Origin: Flavobacteriales bacterium
Lineage (GTDB): Bacteria; Bacteroidota; Bacteroidia; Flavobacteriales_F; PHOS-HE28
NCBI GenBank assembly: GCA_020852835.1
Contig: JADZAC010000002.1
Span: 246-64,245, forward strand
Direction: 5' to 3'
DNA length: 64,000 nt
Part shown: in pieces, positions 9,032 to 19,152 of the stretch
Numbering within the stretch: position 1 is the stretch's first letter
Layout of the letters: each line of letters starts with the position of its first letter
Made by a program: the position numbers and the translations under genes
Notes under the pieces: model-generated
The model's input: only the letters and a program-made list of their open reading frames with translations
Database searches by the model: none
What the model was told of the DNA's origin: nothing

Positions 9032-10908
9032 GGGGCGGGACCGTTGAGGAACTGTTGCTCGGGCGTGTCCAGGTTGTCGTGGTCGCCGCGCAATCGCCGA
9101 TAGCGGTCGCGCGCGGCTGCCGTGAAGATGCTGCCGCTTTGCTCGAAGAGCAGCTTCTCGTACCACTTCTTGGCCTGTTCCTTGTCGTTGAGCTTGGTCT
9201 CGTAAAGTTTGCCAAGGTCGAACATGGCGTTGTCCACCAGGATGTCGTTGGGGAACTGTTCGAGCAGCTTTTCCAGGCAGGTGGCAGCGCCGGCGTAGTT
9301 GTGCCGGGCCATGGCAATGCGGTAGCGCTCGTAGAGCACGTCATCGCCCAGGTTGGAGAGGGGGAAGCGTGCGGTGAGCGTGTCCAGCGCCGCCAGGCAG
9401 CTGTCATAGCGGTGTTGCGCGGTGTACAGCTGGGCTTTGGCAAAGAGGTTCAGCGGGCTGTTCAGTGTGTCGGTGCCCAGGTTGTCGGTGATCAGCAGGG
9501 AGAGTTCGAGCGCATCGTTGGCGATGAGCTTGCTGGTGCTGGCCTTGAGCACGTCCAGCTGGGCCTTGGCCCAAAGGAAGTCGCCGGCATAGAAGCTCAC
9601 CTTGGCATTGCGCAGGCGCGCCTCATGGCCCAGTACGTCCTGCTTGAAGTCCAGGTCCACTTGGGAGTAGAGCAGGGAGGCTTCCCAGATGTCGCCGGCC
9701 AGCACATGGACATCGCCCAGTTGCAGCTTCAGTTCCGCCTGTTCCTTGCGGGCCAGGCCGGGCATGCGGATGGCGTCCTGCAGCAGGCTGTCCGCCCTGC
9801 CGGTGTTGTTGAGGTAAAAGGCTTCGAGCCGTGCTAGGCCGCTGACGAGCTTCATGGTGGCGGGCCCCCAGCCGAGTTCTTCCAGGGTGGAGGCATAGAG
9901 CTGGCGCAATTGCTCCAGCTGCCCGGGCGAGGGTTCGGGCTGTTCCTGCAATTGCACGTCCGAGGCGGTGACCAGCCCGATGCGGGCGGCGCCGTACCAA
10001 GGGCTGGTGCTGCCGAGGGAAACCACGTAGGCGTAACTTTTGGCGGCGGTGGCCCAGTCCTGGTTGTTCACGGCCATGTCGCCCAGGGCCATCAGGCGTT
10101 GGCCGCGCTCATTGAAACGTTTGTCCATGGCACGGCTTTGCACGAATGCGCCGTTGAGGTCCTTGCGTTGGATGTACACCCAGATGAGCAGTTCCTGGAA
10201 CAGGGTGTGATCCGGCATCTTTTGGATGCGCCGCAGCAGTTCGGTGCGCAGCAGGTCGGCGCGTTGGTCGGCGGAGGTGAAGTCGATGAAGCGTGCCAAG
10301 CCGTTCTGCACGGCCTGTTCATAGGCGGGGTTCACTTCCAGCAGGTCCAGGTAGTCGCTGATCATGCCGGGGAAATCGCCTTTGGAGGCGCGCAGGCTGG
10401 CGGTTTCGTAAAAGAAGCCGGTGCCGTTGTCCAGCATTTTTCGCCCCCGTTCGTACGCCTGCAGGGCGAGGTCCGGTTCGTTGTTGCGCAGGAAGGCGTT
10501 GGCCAGGTTGCGCACGGCGGCCTGGTCGGGCTGCAGGTCCTTGAGCGCTTTGGCGAATTGCAGTTCCGCCTTGGCCGTGTCGCCCTGGAGCTTCAGCACC
10601 ATGCCCAGGTCCACCAGGTACTGGGTGTCGCCGGCTTGTTTGCGCATGCGCTCCTTGGCCAGTTTTTCGGCGTGTTCGTAGTCTTTCACGCCCAAATAGG
10701 CCTTCAACAGCTGCTCATAGTAGAGGGTTGAAGGCTGGCGGCCGTAGAGCTTTTCGTAGTAGAGGATGGCCTTGGCGAACTCGCCCTGCCGCATGTACTC
10801 CGCGGCGAGCTGTTCATCGGTGCCTTGCTGTGCCCGCACGCGATCAGTGCCGCCAGCCAGCAGCAGCAGCACCAACAAGGAGCGCAGGATGCTTTGGGGC
10901 AGTTTCAT
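9028..10908 (-). CDS. secreted tetratricopeptide-repeat protein
   Basis: 626 aa. Signal peptide MKLPQSILRSLLVLLLLAGG...VRAQQ. Repeated TPR-like A/Y/L periodicity throughout. Confidence 0.7.
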   Translation of the reverse strand: MKLPQSILRSLLVLLLLAGGTDRVRAQQGTDEQLAAEYMRQGEFAKAILYYEKLYGRQPSTLYYEQLLKAYLGVKDYEHAEKLAKERMRKQAGDTQYLVDLGMVLKLQGDTAKAELQFAKALKDLQPDQAAVRNLANAFLRNNEPDLALQAYERGRKMLDNGTGFFYETASLRASKGDFPGMISDYLDLLEVNPAYEQAVQNGLARFIDFTSADQRADLLRTELLRRIQKMPDHTLFQELLIWVYIQRKDLNGAFVQSRAMDKRFNERGQRLMALGDMAVNNQDWATAAKSYAYVVSLGSTSPWYGAARIGLVTASDVQLQEQPEPSPGQLEQLRQLYASTLEELGWGPATMKLVSGLARLEAFYLNNTGRADSLLQDAIRMPGLARKEQAELKLQLGDVHVLAGDIWEASLLYSQVDLDFKQDVLGHEARLRNAKVSFYAGDFLWAKAQLDVLKASTSKLIANDALELSLLITDNLGTDTLNSPLNLFAKAQLYTAQHRYDSCLAALDTLTARFPLSNLGDDVLYERYRIAMARHNYAGAATCLEKLLEQFPNDILVDNAMFDLGKLYETKLNDKEQAKKWYEKLLFEQSGSIFTAAARDRYRRLRGDHDNLDTPEQQFLNGPAP

Positions 10909-11447
10909 GGGAGCAGCAGGGTATCAATGGCGGCCCGCCAGCGCTGCCGGTCGCTGATCAGGCGGTTGGTGAGCCGCACCAGGCTGTCGGTTTGGTGGTG
11001 GAGGGCGGTGGCCCACTGTTGCTCCATGGCCAACGCTTCACGGCGGCTCTCAGGGTCCAGCAGGCCCAGTTCCAGGTCGTGCCGCAGATCGGCCAGGCGG
11101 TTGGCGGAGCTGTCCAGCAGTGCATGCCCCGCGCGGCGTTCGGCCAGCAGGCGGGGCAGGCGCTCGGCCATGGCCCGGTGGTAATTGCCAAGCAGCTCGG
11201 CCTCGTGCGGCAGCAGGGTATCGCGGAAACGCGCCTCGATGCCCGCACGCTCCGCCGTGAAGCGGGCTCCCATGTGGTGCAGGGCATTGGTATCGGCCCG
11301 GTCCAGTACGGCGCGCATGCTGTCGGTGGCTATTATCATCCGTTCCACGGCGGCCAGCTCTTGGGGCGTGGCCCGGTGCGTGCATGCAGGAAGCATGCCG
11401 ACCGTGACCAACGCAACGAGCAGCACCGCTGGTACGGGCCTGGTCAT
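10905..11447 (-). CDS. hypothetical lipoprotein
   Basis: Signal peptide plus lipobox (VGMLPAC). Helical, Arg/Ala-rich. 4-nt overlaps on both sides. Confidence 0.5.
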   Translation of the reverse strand: MTRPVPAVLLVALVTVGMLPACTHRATPQELAAVERMIIATDSMRAVLDRADTNALHHMGARFTAERAGIEARFRDTLLPHEAELLGNYHRAMAERLPRLLAERRAGHALLDSSANRLADLRHDLELGLLDPESRREALAMEQQWATALHHQTDSLVRLTNRLISDRQRWRAAIDTLLLP

Positions 11448-12721
11448 TTTTTGGCGATCAGACTGAAACCGGTGTACGGGCGCAGCGCCGCCGGGATGCG
11501 GATGCCTTCCGGCCCCTGGTTGTTCTCCAGCAAGGCCGCCACGATGCGCGCCAGCGCCAGCGCACTGCCGTTCAAGGTGTGGGCCAGCTGCACTTTTTTG
11601 TCCGCACCGCGCATGCGCAGCTTGAGGCGGTTGCTCTGGTAGGTCTCGAAGTTGCTGATGGAGCTCACCTCCAGCCAGCGTTTCTGTGCACCGGCGTACA
11701 CCTCCATGTCGTAGGTGATGGCACTGGTGAAGCCCATGTCTCCCCCGCAGAGCAGCAGTTGCCGGTAGGGCAGTTCCAGCGCGTCCAGCAGTCCCTTCAC
11801 ATGGTTGGTCATGTCCTCCAACGCGGTGTTGCTGTTCTCGGGTGCCTCAATGCGCACGATCTCCACCTTGTCGAACTGGTGTACGCGGTTCAGGCCGCGC
11901 ACATCCTTGCCGTAGCTGCCGGCCTCCCGGCGGAAGCAGGGTGTGTGGCCCACGCGTTTGAGGGGCAGTTGGGCCGCGTCCACGATCGTATCGCGGAACA
12001 GGTTGGTGATGGGCACTTCGGCCGTGGGGATCAGGTACAGGTCATCGGCCGCGGCATGGTACATCTGCCCCTCCTTGTCCGGTAGTTGGCCCGTGGCGAA
12101 GGCGCTGTCGGCGTTCACCATCAGGGGGGGCATCACCTCCACGTAGCCCGCGTCAGCGGCCCGCTCCAGGAAGAAGGCGATGAGCGCGCGCTGCAGCTTG
12201 GCGCCCTGGCCGTGGTACACGGGGAAGCCGGCGCCGGTGAGCTTTACGCCGTCTTCCAGGCTGAAGAGGCCGTATTCGGCACCGAGCTCCCAGTGGGGCT
12301 TTGCGTTGGCGGGCAACTGCGGTAGTTCACCCTGTTGCATCACCGTCACATTGTCTTCCGGGGTTTTCCCATTGGGAACGCGCTCCTGGGGGGTGTTGGG
12401 GATGGCCCAGAGGTGTTCATCCAGCGCCTTTTCCGCCAGGGCCAGATCCTCCTTCAACCGGGCGATGCGCTCCTTGAGTTCGGCGGTTTTGGCCTTGGCG
12501 GCCTCAGCCTCCTCCCGCTTGCCGGTTTTCATCAGTTCGCCGATCACGCGGGCCTGCTCGTTCATGGCGGCCAGCTCGGTGTCCAATTTTTGCTGGGTGC
12601 CACGCCGGTGCTCATCCAGCGTGGCGGCCTTGCCCAGCAGCCCTTCCACATCGATGTTGCGTTTGCCCAAGCGTTTGCGGGCTTCTTCAGGATGGTTGCG
12701 CAGGAAGGCGGTTTCCAGCAT
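11444..12721 (-). CDS. serS: seryl-tRNA synthetase
   Basis: Start [15 protein letters not shown] at 12721. N-terminal coiled-coil arm. Class II aaRS core ([19 protein letters not shown]). The 592-aa ORF is a run-on. Confidence 0.92.
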   Translation of the reverse strand: MLETAFLRNHPEEARKRLGKRNIDVEGLLGKAATLDEHRRGTQQKLDTELAAMNEQARVIGELMKTGKREEAEAAKAKTAELKERIARLKEDLALAEKALDEHLWAIPNTPQERVPNGKTPEDNVTVMQQGELPQLPANAKPHWELGAEYGLFSLEDGVKLTGAGFPVYHGQGAKLQRALIAFFLERAADAGYVEVMPPLMVNADSAFATGQLPDKEGQMYHAAADDLYLIPTAEVPITNLFRDTIVDAAQLPLKRVGHTPCFRREAGSYGKDVRGLNRVHQFDKVEIVRIEAPENSNTALEDMTNHVKGLLDALELPYRQLLLCGGDMGFTSAITYDMEVYAGAQKRWLEVSSISNFETYQSNRLKLRMRGADKKVQLAHTLNGSALALARIVAALLENNQGPEGIRIPAALRPYTGFSLIAKK

Positions 12722-12856
12722 GGGGACGATCTCGGTTGGAACGCGCGAAGGTAAGGAGCGGCGGGGGTGGGGGCTTTGCGGTGCCGGGCACGCCTTCATG
12801 GCCGCTGGTCCGGCCGAGCTGTAACCCCGTCGTAACTTTGGCATCCCATCCCTGGC

Positions 12857-13276
12857 ATGTCCGTAGTACACATCACCCGCCGCGAGCGCTTCAGTGCCGC
12901 GCACCGCTTGGGCCGCCCGGAATGGAGCGCGGAGCAGAATCTCGCCGTGTTCGGCAAGTGCGCCAACCCCAACTGGCACGGCCACAACTACGAGCTGTGG
13001 GTAACGGTGAAGGGCCCCACCGACCCCCAAACCGGTTTTGTGATCAACCTCTCCGACCTGAGCCGCTTGCTGCACCGGCACGTGATCGACCCCATGGACC
13101 ACAAAAACCTGGACCTGGACGTGCCTTTCCTCCAAGGCGTGGGCAGCACCACCGAAAACCTGGCGGTGGCCATTTGGAAGCAGCTCGAGCAGCCCGTGGC
13201 CGCCATTGGCGGTACCTTGCACTGCGTGAAGATCCAGGAAACGGAGAACAACAGCGTGGAATACTACGGCGAGTGA
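12857..13276 (+). CDS. queD: 6-carboxy-5,6,7,8-tetrahydropterin synthase / 6-pyruvoyl-tetrahydropterin synthase family (QueD/PTPS)
   Basis: 139 aa. CxxxHGH zinc motif ([13 protein letters not shown]). [10 protein letters not shown]-terminal motif. Confidence 0.85.
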   Translation: MSVVHITRRERFSAAHRLGRPEWSAEQNLAVFGKCANPNWHGHNYELWVTVKGPTDPQTGFVINLSDLSRLLHRHVIDPMDHKNLDLDVPFLQGVGSTTENLAVAIWKQLEQPVAAIGGTLHCVKIQETENNSVEYYGE

Positions 13277-13278
13277 AC

Positions 13279-13956
13279 ATGGCGGAGAAGGAAAAGAAAC
13301 GGACCAAGACCGCTGCCGGCGGTTCCGGCAATGGCTTGGCGGGTGAGGGGGGCACGGACGCCTACAAGCGTATAGACCACTTCGATCCCGCCGCCGTACA
13401 GCGCCTGAGCACTCACTATGCTGACATTCTGGCCGAACTGGGGGAAGACCCCCGGCGCGAAGGCTTGAAGCGCACGCCGGAGCGCGTGGCCAAGAGCTTG
13501 CAATACCTCACCCACGGCTACGATCTGGACCCCGCGGCCATCCTGCGCAAGGCCATGTTCCGCGAGGAGTACAGCCAGATGGTGCTGGTGAAGGACATCG
13601 AGGTGTACAGCCTGTGCGAGCACCACATGCTGCCCTTCTTCGGAAAGGCGCACGTGGCGTACATCCCCAAAGGCCAAATTGTCGGCCTCAGCAAGATCCC
13701 CCGGGTGGTTGACGCCTTTGCACGCCGTTTGCAGGTGCAGGAGCGCCTCACCAACGAGATCCGTGACTGCATCCAGCAAACCCTGCAGCCCATGGGCGTG
13801 GCCGTGGTGATCGAGGCCTCACACCTGTGCATGCAAATGCGCGGCATCCAGAAACAGAACAGCGTGACCACCACCTCTGCATTCACCGGCATCTTCCTCC
13901 AGGACCACCGTACCCGCGAGGAGTTCATTAAGCTCATCGCCTCCAAACTCCACTGA
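13279..13956 (+). CDS. folE: GTP cyclohydrolase I
   Basis: Start MAEKEKK at 13279 (frame 1, 2 nt after the queD stop). Conserved CEHHMLPF and [14 protein letters not shown] motifs. Confidence 0.9.
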   Translation: MAEKEKKRTKTAAGGSGNGLAGEGGTDAYKRIDHFDPAAVQRLSTHYADILAELGEDPRREGLKRTPERVAKSLQYLTHGYDLDPAAILRKAMFREEYSQMVLVKDIEVYSLCEHHMLPFFGKAHVAYIPKGQIVGLSKIPRVVDAFARRLQVQERLTNEIRDCIQQTLQPMGVAVVIEASHLCMQMRGIQKQNSVTTTSAFTGIFLQDHRTREEFIKLIASKLH

Positions 13957-13976
13957 AACAACAACCGAACAGCACC

Positions 13977-14720
13977 ATGTTCCGCAGTTCCCTCTCCAAC
14001 CTCGCACCCGAACAGCAGTTCCAACAAACCGTGGTGGCCAACCCCGATGATGTCCGCGCCTTCCTCGGCAAGGTGTTCACCTATATGACCCTGGCCCTGG
14101 CCATCAGTGGCGGCGTAGCCTATTGGTTCGGGCACGACATGAGCCTGCTCTCCCGCCTGATCAACTTCCAGACCGGCGGCATGACCATCCTCGGATGGGT
14201 GGTGATGCTGGCCCCGCTGGCCTTGGTCTTCGTGATGGGCGGCATGATCAACCGCCTCAGCGGCAGTGCGCTGCTCACCGTGTTCGTGGCCTATTCCGCC
14301 CTCACCGGCGCCAGCCTCTCCTTCATCTTCCTGGCCTACACCGCCACCTCCATCGCCACGGTCTTCTTCGTTACCGCCGCCGTGTTCGGCCTGATGGCCG
14401 TGGCCGGCTACACCACCAAAACGGACCTCACCAAGCTCGGCAGCATCCTGTTCATCGGCCTCATCGGCATCGTGATCGCGGGCCTGGTGAACATGTTCAT
14501 GAAAAGCGACACCATGGGCTACGTGATCAGCGTGCTGAGCGTGATCATCTTCACGGGCCTCACCGCCTACGACATGCAGCGCCTCAAGCAGCTTGGCGGC
14601 ACGGTGGTCAGCGGCACCGAAATGGCCCAGAAGATGGCCCTGATGGGCGCCCTGAGCCTCTACCTCGATTTCCTCAACCTCTTCTTGGCCCTGCTGCGCC
14701 TGTTCGGCAACAGGAAGTGA
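13977..14720 (+). CDS. Bax inhibitor-1/YccA family membrane protein
   Basis: 247 aa. Seven hydrophobic segments. C-terminal basic tail typical of the BI-1 family. Confidence 0.75.
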   Translation: MFRSSLSNLAPEQQFQQTVVANPDDVRAFLGKVFTYMTLALAISGGVAYWFGHDMSLLSRLINFQTGGMTILGWVVMLAPLALVFVMGGMINRLSGSALLTVFVAYSALTGASLSFIFLAYTATSIATVFFVTAAVFGLMAVAGYTTKTDLTKLGSILFIGLIGIVIAGLVNMFMKSDTMGYVISVLSVIIFTGLTAYDMQRLKQLGGTVVSGTEMAQKMALMGALSLYLDFLNLFLALLRLFGNRK

Positions 14721-14835
14721 TCACAACTGTCCCTTGGAAGGGTGGATGGGCCGCAGTGGCCTTTCCACCCTTCTATCTTCCCGGTGCGGCGATTGCCTGC
14801 ACTCCGCTATTTTCACGCCCGCAACAACGCCCACC

Positions 14836-15711
14836 ATGAACGCTTATGTCTTCCCCGGCCAAGGCAGCCAATTCCCCGGCATGGGGAAGGACCTTTACGA
14901 GAACGATGCCAACGCGCGCGTTTTCTTCGAGCATGCCAACAACATCCTGGGCTTCAACATCACCGATGTGATGTTCAGCGGCAGCGAAGAAGACCTCAAG
15001 CAAACCAGGGTGACCCAGCCGGCCATCTTTCTGCACAGCGTGATCAAGGCCAAAACCATGGGCGATGCCTTCCAGCCCGACATGGTGGCGGGGCACTCCC
15101 TGGGCGAATTCAGCGCGCTGGTGGCCGCCGGGGCCATGGAATTCAGCGATGGCCTGAAGCTGGTGGCGGCGCGTGCCAACGCCATGCAAAAGGCCTGCGA
15201 AGCCCAGCCGGGCACCATGGCCGCCATCCTCGGCATGGAAGATGAAAAGGTGGAAGAGATCTGTGCCGGAGTTGAAGGCGTGGTGGTGCCCGCCAACTAC
15301 AATTGCCCCGGGCAGTTGGTGATCAGCGGCACGGTGGAAGCGGTGAATGCCGCCTGTGAAGCCTTGAAAGCAGCCGGTGCCAAACGCGCTTTGCTGCTGC
15401 CCGTGGGCGGTGCCTTCCACAGCCCGCTGATGGAACCCGCCCGCGCCGAACTGGCCACGGCCATCGCCTACACGCCCATCGTGGACCCCCGCTGCCCCGT
15501 GTACCAGAACGTGGACGCCACTGGCCGCAAGGACCCCGCCCGCATCAAGGCCAACCTCATCGCCCAGCTCACCGCGCCCGTGCGCTGGACGCAAAGCATG
15601 CGCAATATGCTCGGCGCCGGTGCCCTCAACGTGATCGAATGCGGGCCGGGCAACGTGCTGCAGGGGCTGTTCAAGAAGGTGAGCAAGGAGGTGGCGACGA
15701 GCGCGGCGTAA
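14836..15711 (+). CDS. fabD: malonyl-CoA:ACP transacylase
   Basis: Start MNAYVFPGQGSQ at 14836. Active-site GHSLGE. The upstream in-frame extension from 14734 is not supported. Confidence 0.9.
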   Translation: MNAYVFPGQGSQFPGMGKDLYENDANARVFFEHANNILGFNITDVMFSGSEEDLKQTRVTQPAIFLHSVIKAKTMGDAFQPDMVAGHSLGEFSALVAAGAMEFSDGLKLVAARANAMQKACEAQPGTMAAILGMEDEKVEEICAGVEGVVVPANYNCPGQLVISGTVEAVNAACEALKAAGAKRALLLPVGGAFHSPLMEPARAELATAIAYTPIVDPRCPVYQNVDATGRKDPARIKANLIAQLTAPVRWTQSMRNMLGAGALNVIECGPGNVLQGLFKKVSKEVATSAA

Positions 15712-15731
15712 GGACCTTGTTCAGTGCCGCA

Positions 15732-16142
15732 CTACTGCTTGTTGCCGGCAAGGTGGACGCGCGTGCTGCCGGAGGGAGAGTAGAAGCTGTAGGTGTAGTC
15801 AATGCTTCCGGTGGAGGGGAAGCTCCCTGATCCATGGTTGTAGTAGCCGGTGAGGCTCGCATGTTCGTGCAGCAATGCTTGAAGTTCAAAGCTGGAACCT
15901 TTGATCTCAATGATGCCTGACCGGCTGCCGTTCAGCACGGCGCCAGCATCGGTATAGGTGGTATCGGTGATGAACCAATCCTGGCCCACCCCATGTGCGC
16001 CATGGACCTCGACCGTGAATGAGTAAGGCCCGATGTATTGACTGCGCAGATCAAAAGCGTCCTTGGTGCAACTGGATAAAACCAAGGCCATGCCGGCCAC
16101 CAACCACACGCTGCACAAGGACCCGGTCATTGCCTTCATCAT
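15732..16142 (-). CDS. small hypothetical lipoprotein
   Basis: Start MMKAM at 16142. Lipobox LVLSSC. Gly/Ser/Tyr-rich mature part. Convergent on fabD. Confidence 0.5.
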   Translation of the reverse strand: MMKAMTGSLCSVWLVAGMALVLSSCTKDAFDLRSQYIGPYSFTVEVHGAHGVGQDWFITDTTYTDAGAVLNGSRSGIIEIKGSSFELQALLHEHASLTGYYNHGSGSFPSTGSIDYTYSFYSPSGSTRVHLAGNKQ

Positions 16143-16269
16143 GCTCAACCGAAGGTAATGCCTCGGCTTTGCCAAAACAAGATGCAGGCTTGAACCATGC
16201 TGTGTGAGCATGCCGGTCCCGGGCAGCGTATCTTCGCCAAAGCGTGTCTTTTTGCCGATGGCGCACCCC

Positions 16270-17199
16270 ATGAAAGGTATTTTGGCCATGGGATTGCTGG
16301 GCTTGAGCCTGAGCACGGTTGCCCAGCACCCCTTTCCCACACCTGCGGACCAACCTGTGTGGAACGTGCTGGATTGCGGCACCATTGACGGGCTGTGGTG
16401 CAGCACGGTGCCGATCATGTACATCGATTCTGTTTCCGCTTGCGGACATGCTTATGGTCGCACCATAGTTGCTTACGAGGACACGCTATATGTGCGGAAC
16501 GACGGGCCGCGCACGGTTTTCCGCGTTGGTGCGAATTGCCTTGACAGGGAGTACCTGATGTACGATTATTCCTTGTCGGTGGGTGATACAGTGTACCCAA
16601 GCGGTCCTTTCATGGCCGGCTTGGGCGCCGATTCGGCTTGGTTCATTTTGGCAAGCATAGATACAGTGGTGCAGCAAGGCGTGCCCCGGAGGCGCTTTGG
16701 CATGAATTTCGACCTGAGCAATGGCACTGGTACGTGGGGGATGGGACAAATGGACTGGATCGAGGGGGTCGGTTCAACCACGCACCCTTTCTATGCAGGG
16801 ATGTGCCTCGTGGATTTCGTATGTGCCAAGTGGTATAAGCTTTTGTGTTACGACAGTGCATCGGTAAACCTATACTTGGACACCGTACTGAACACCTGTG
16901 ACACAGTGATCATACCCACCAGGATTGAGGAAGAGAGCCATGACAGAGGGGAAATGGCTGTATCGTGGGACCCGCTATCGCGCGAGTTGACCGTTCACCT
17001 CAACCCCTCACTGACTTCCGGCCAGATTCGGTTTATGCTGGTGGGCATGGACGGGAGCGTATTCCCGTTGCAAACTCCTATCCGGTCCGGAGCTGGGGAT
17101 TTTCGATTTCCTGCACGGAATCTCGCCGCCGGGATCTATGTGGTGCAGGTGGCAGGTGGCGGGAGCATGGTCGCCAGAGGGCGCGTGGTTGTCCAATGA
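16270..17199 (+). CDS. secreted protein with T9SS (Por) C-terminal sorting domain
   Basis: Signal peptide MKGILAMGLLGLSLSTVAQ. Cys-rich N-terminal domain. C-terminal ~80 aa matches the T9SS type A CTD pattern (…TVHLNPSLTSGQIRFMLVGMDGSVF…LAAGIYVVQV…). Confidence 0.7.
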   Translation: MKGILAMGLLGLSLSTVAQHPFPTPADQPVWNVLDCGTIDGLWCSTVPIMYIDSVSACGHAYGRTIVAYEDTLYVRNDGPRTVFRVGANCLDREYLMYDYSLSVGDTVYPSGPFMAGLGADSAWFILASIDTVVQQGVPRRRFGMNFDLSNGTGTWGMGQMDWIEGVGSTTHPFYAGMCLVDFVCAKWYKLLCYDSASVNLYLDTVLNTCDTVIIPTRIEEESHDRGEMAVSWDPLSRELTVHLNPSLTSGQIRFMLVGMDGSVFPLQTPIRSGAGDFRFPARNLAAGIYVVQVAGGGSMVARGRVVVQ

Positions 17200-17218
17200 T
17201 CCCACGCCTGAACAGGAA

Positions 17219-17257
17219 ACCCTGCAATTCTAAAATGCAATTTTACAATTGCAGGGT
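17219..17257. repeat. perfect 11-bp inverted repeat (accctgcaatt / aattgcagggt) with a 17-nt AT-rich loop; candidate bidirectional terminator or protein-binding palindrome
   Basis: Read directly from the sequence. Lies between convergent stops at 17199 and 17275. The TGCAATT motif occurs three times. Confidence 0.6.
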
Positions 17258-17274
17258 CTGCGCTGCCGGGTGTC

Positions 17275-18024
17275 CTACAGCTTCGCGTTCATCAACTTGC
17301 CGCCGTCGATCAGCTTGTGCAGGTACGGCGCTGTGCGCACGGCTTGCATGGCTTCGATGTGTTTCATGCCGTGGCAATCGCTGCCCAGCAGCTCGTACCA
17401 GCCCTTGTCCGTGATGCGTTCCGCGGCCTTCTGCACGGCGGGCCCGTAGGCGCCGCCCAAGGCAATGGTGTTCAGCTGGAAGAGCACTCCCCGGTCCTTG
17501 AGCTTTTCCATCATCCTCGTGTCCGCATGCCAGTAGGCATAGCGTTCCGGATGCGCCAGGACGGGGGTATAGCCCTGGGTTTGCATTTGGAACACGATGT
17601 CCAGCAACACCGAGGGCTCATTGATGAAGGCGAGTTCGAAGAGCAACATGTCCTGCCCGATGGTGAGCAAGTGCCTGCGGGCCACGCGCTCCTGGAGGTC
17701 GTGGTCCAGGTAATGCTCCGCCGCCGCTTGCACCTCCAGGGCAATACCCGCTGCTTGCGCCGCGCGGCGCAATTTTTCCAGGCCGCCCAGGATCACTTCC
17801 GGCGGATTGCGGTAGCCGTCCGCCATGCTGTGCGGCGTGGTCCACACCTTGCGGAAGCCGAGGTCTTCCATGGCGCGCAGCAGCTCCAGGCTGGCCTCCA
17901 CGGTGGGTGCGCCATCGTCGATGCCGGGGATGAAGTGCGAGTGCATGTCGCACTTCAGCACGCCGAAGTCCACCGGCGGAAGGTCGGGCTTCCGCTTGCC
18001 GAAGAGGTTGCTGATGATGCTCAT
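17275..18024 (-). CDS. PHP-family protein-tyrosine phosphatase (CpsB/CapC/YwqE-like)
   Basis: Start MSIISNLFGK at 18024, with ATGA overlap with rfbB. HSHFIPGIDDG metal-binding motif. Confidence 0.75.
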   Translation of the reverse strand: MSIISNLFGKRKPDLPPVDFGVLKCDMHSHFIPGIDDGAPTVEASLELLRAMEDLGFRKVWTTPHSMADGYRNPPEVILGGLEKLRRAAQAAGIALEVQAAAEHYLDHDLQERVARRHLLTIGQDMLLFELAFINEPSVLLDIVFQMQTQGYTPVLAHPERYAYWHADTRMMEKLKDRGVLFQLNTIALGGAYGPAVQKAAERITDKGWYELLGSDCHGMKHIEAMQAVRTAPYLHKLIDGGKLMNAKL

Positions 18025-19124
18025 CCGCGATCGCCGTACTGGGCCGCGTAGTAGTCCCGGTAGGCACCGGAGGTAACGGCCTGCAGCCACGGATCGTTCG
18101 CAAGGTACCAATCCACGGTCTGTTCCAGGCCCTGCTCAAAGGTGATGGACGGCTTCCAGCCCAGCTCGCGCCCGATCTTGGAGGCATCAATGGCGTAGCG
18201 CAGGTCGTGCCCGGCGCGGTCAGCGACGTAGGTGATCTGCTTGGCGCTTTCGCCCTTGGCGCGGCCCAGTTTGCGGTCCATGATGGAGCAGAGCAGCTGT
18301 ACCAGGTCGATGTTCTTCCACTCGTTGTGCCCGCCGATGTTGTACGTCTCGCCATTCACGCCTTGGTGGAAGATGACGTCGATGGCGCGGGCATGGTCCT
18401 CCACCCAGAGCCAATCGCGCACGTTTTCACCCTTGCCGTACACGGGCAGCGGCTTGCCGTTGCGCAGGTTGTGGATCATCAGCGGGATCAACTTCTCCGG
18501 GAATTGGTGGCTGCCGTAGTTGTTGCTGCAATTGCTGATCACGAAGGGCAGCTTGTACGTGTTGCCATAAGCGCGCACGAAGTGGTCGCTGGCGGCCTTG
18601 CTGGCGCTGTAAGGGCTTTGTGGGTCGTAGGGCGTGCTCTCGGTGAAGAAGCCACCATCGTGGAGCGAGCCGTACACTTCATCGGTGCTCACGTGGTAGA
18701 AACGGACCTCACCCCCAGCCCCTCTCCCAAGGAGAGGGGTGGAATGCGGAACAAGTCGATCCTTCCAGGCTTCCCGCGCGGCGTTCAACAGGTTTACCGT
18801 GCCGGTGACGTTCGTTTCCACGAAGGCCATGGGATCGCTGATGCTGCGGTCCACGTGGCTTTCGGCGGCCAAATGGATCACGCCGTCGGGCCGGTGCTCC
18901 GCGAAGACCTTGGCCATGGCCGCCGCATCGCGGATGTCCGCTTTGATGAAGCTGTAATTCGGTGCGCCCTGCACATCGCGCAGGTTCTCCAGGTTGCCTG
19001 CGTAGGTGAGCACGTCCAAGTTGAGGATGCGGTACTGCGGGTACTTCTTTGCAAAGAGCCGCACTACGTGGCTGCCGATGAAGCCGGCGCCGCCGGTGAT
19101 GAGGAGGGTGCGTGAAGCGGTCAT
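18021..19124 (-). CDS. rfbB: dTDP-glucose 4,6-dehydratase
   Basis: Start MTASRTLLITGGAGFIGS at 19124. Catalytic YSASK. Extended SDR fold. Confidence 0.88.
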   Translation of the reverse strand: MTASRTLLITGGAGFIGSHVVRLFAKKYPQYRILNLDVLTYAGNLENLRDVQGAPNYSFIKADIRDAAAMAKVFAEHRPDGVIHLAAESHVDRSISDPMAFVETNVTGTVNLLNAAREAWKDRLVPHSTPLLGRGAGGEVRFYHVSTDEVYGSLHDGGFFTESTPYDPQSPYSASKAASDHFVRAYGNTYKLPFVISNCSNNYGSHQFPEKLIPLMIHNLRNGKPLPVYGKGENVRDWLWVEDHARAIDVIFHQGVNGETYNIGGHNEWKNIDLVQLLCSIMDRKLGRAKGESAKQITYVADRAGHDLRYAIDASKIGRELGWKPSITFEQGLEQTVDWYLANDPWLQAVTSGAYRDYYAAQYGDRG

Positions 19125-19152
19125 TCTGCCGTAAAGTTGGCCCAGCGTGTGT

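Noticed and set aside
7941-9443. 500-aa ORF on the minus strand spanning rsmA, the DUF4286 gene and part of the TPR gene
   Set aside because: Its N-terminal 239 residues are Pro/Ser/Thr/Arg-rich nonsense, read in another frame through neighbouring genes. The recognisable RsmA sequence begins at the internal Met MNFVRAKK (8726). It is a high-GC run-on artefact.
12722-12856. Possible tRNA or riboswitch in the serS/queD divergent spacer (135 nt)
   Set aside because: No acceptor-stem/T-loop (GTTCRANYC) pattern and no recognisable riboswitch core by eye. It is probably two divergent promoters.
11444-13222. 592-aa ORF extending serS
   Set aside because: The first 167 aa have no aaRS similarity and run antisense through queD. 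serS starts at MLETAFLRN (12721).
12736-13956. 406-aa ORF covering queD in another frame and folE
   Set aside because: Only the last 225 aa (from MAEKEKK, 13279) are GTP cyclohydrolase I. The upstream part overlaps queD out of frame and has Pro/Arg/Gly-rich junk composition.
14123-14839. 238-aa plus-strand ORF overlapping the BI-1 family gene out of frame
   Set aside because: Arg/His/Pro/Gly-rich. BI-1 frame 13977..14720 has clear seven-helix membrane topology.
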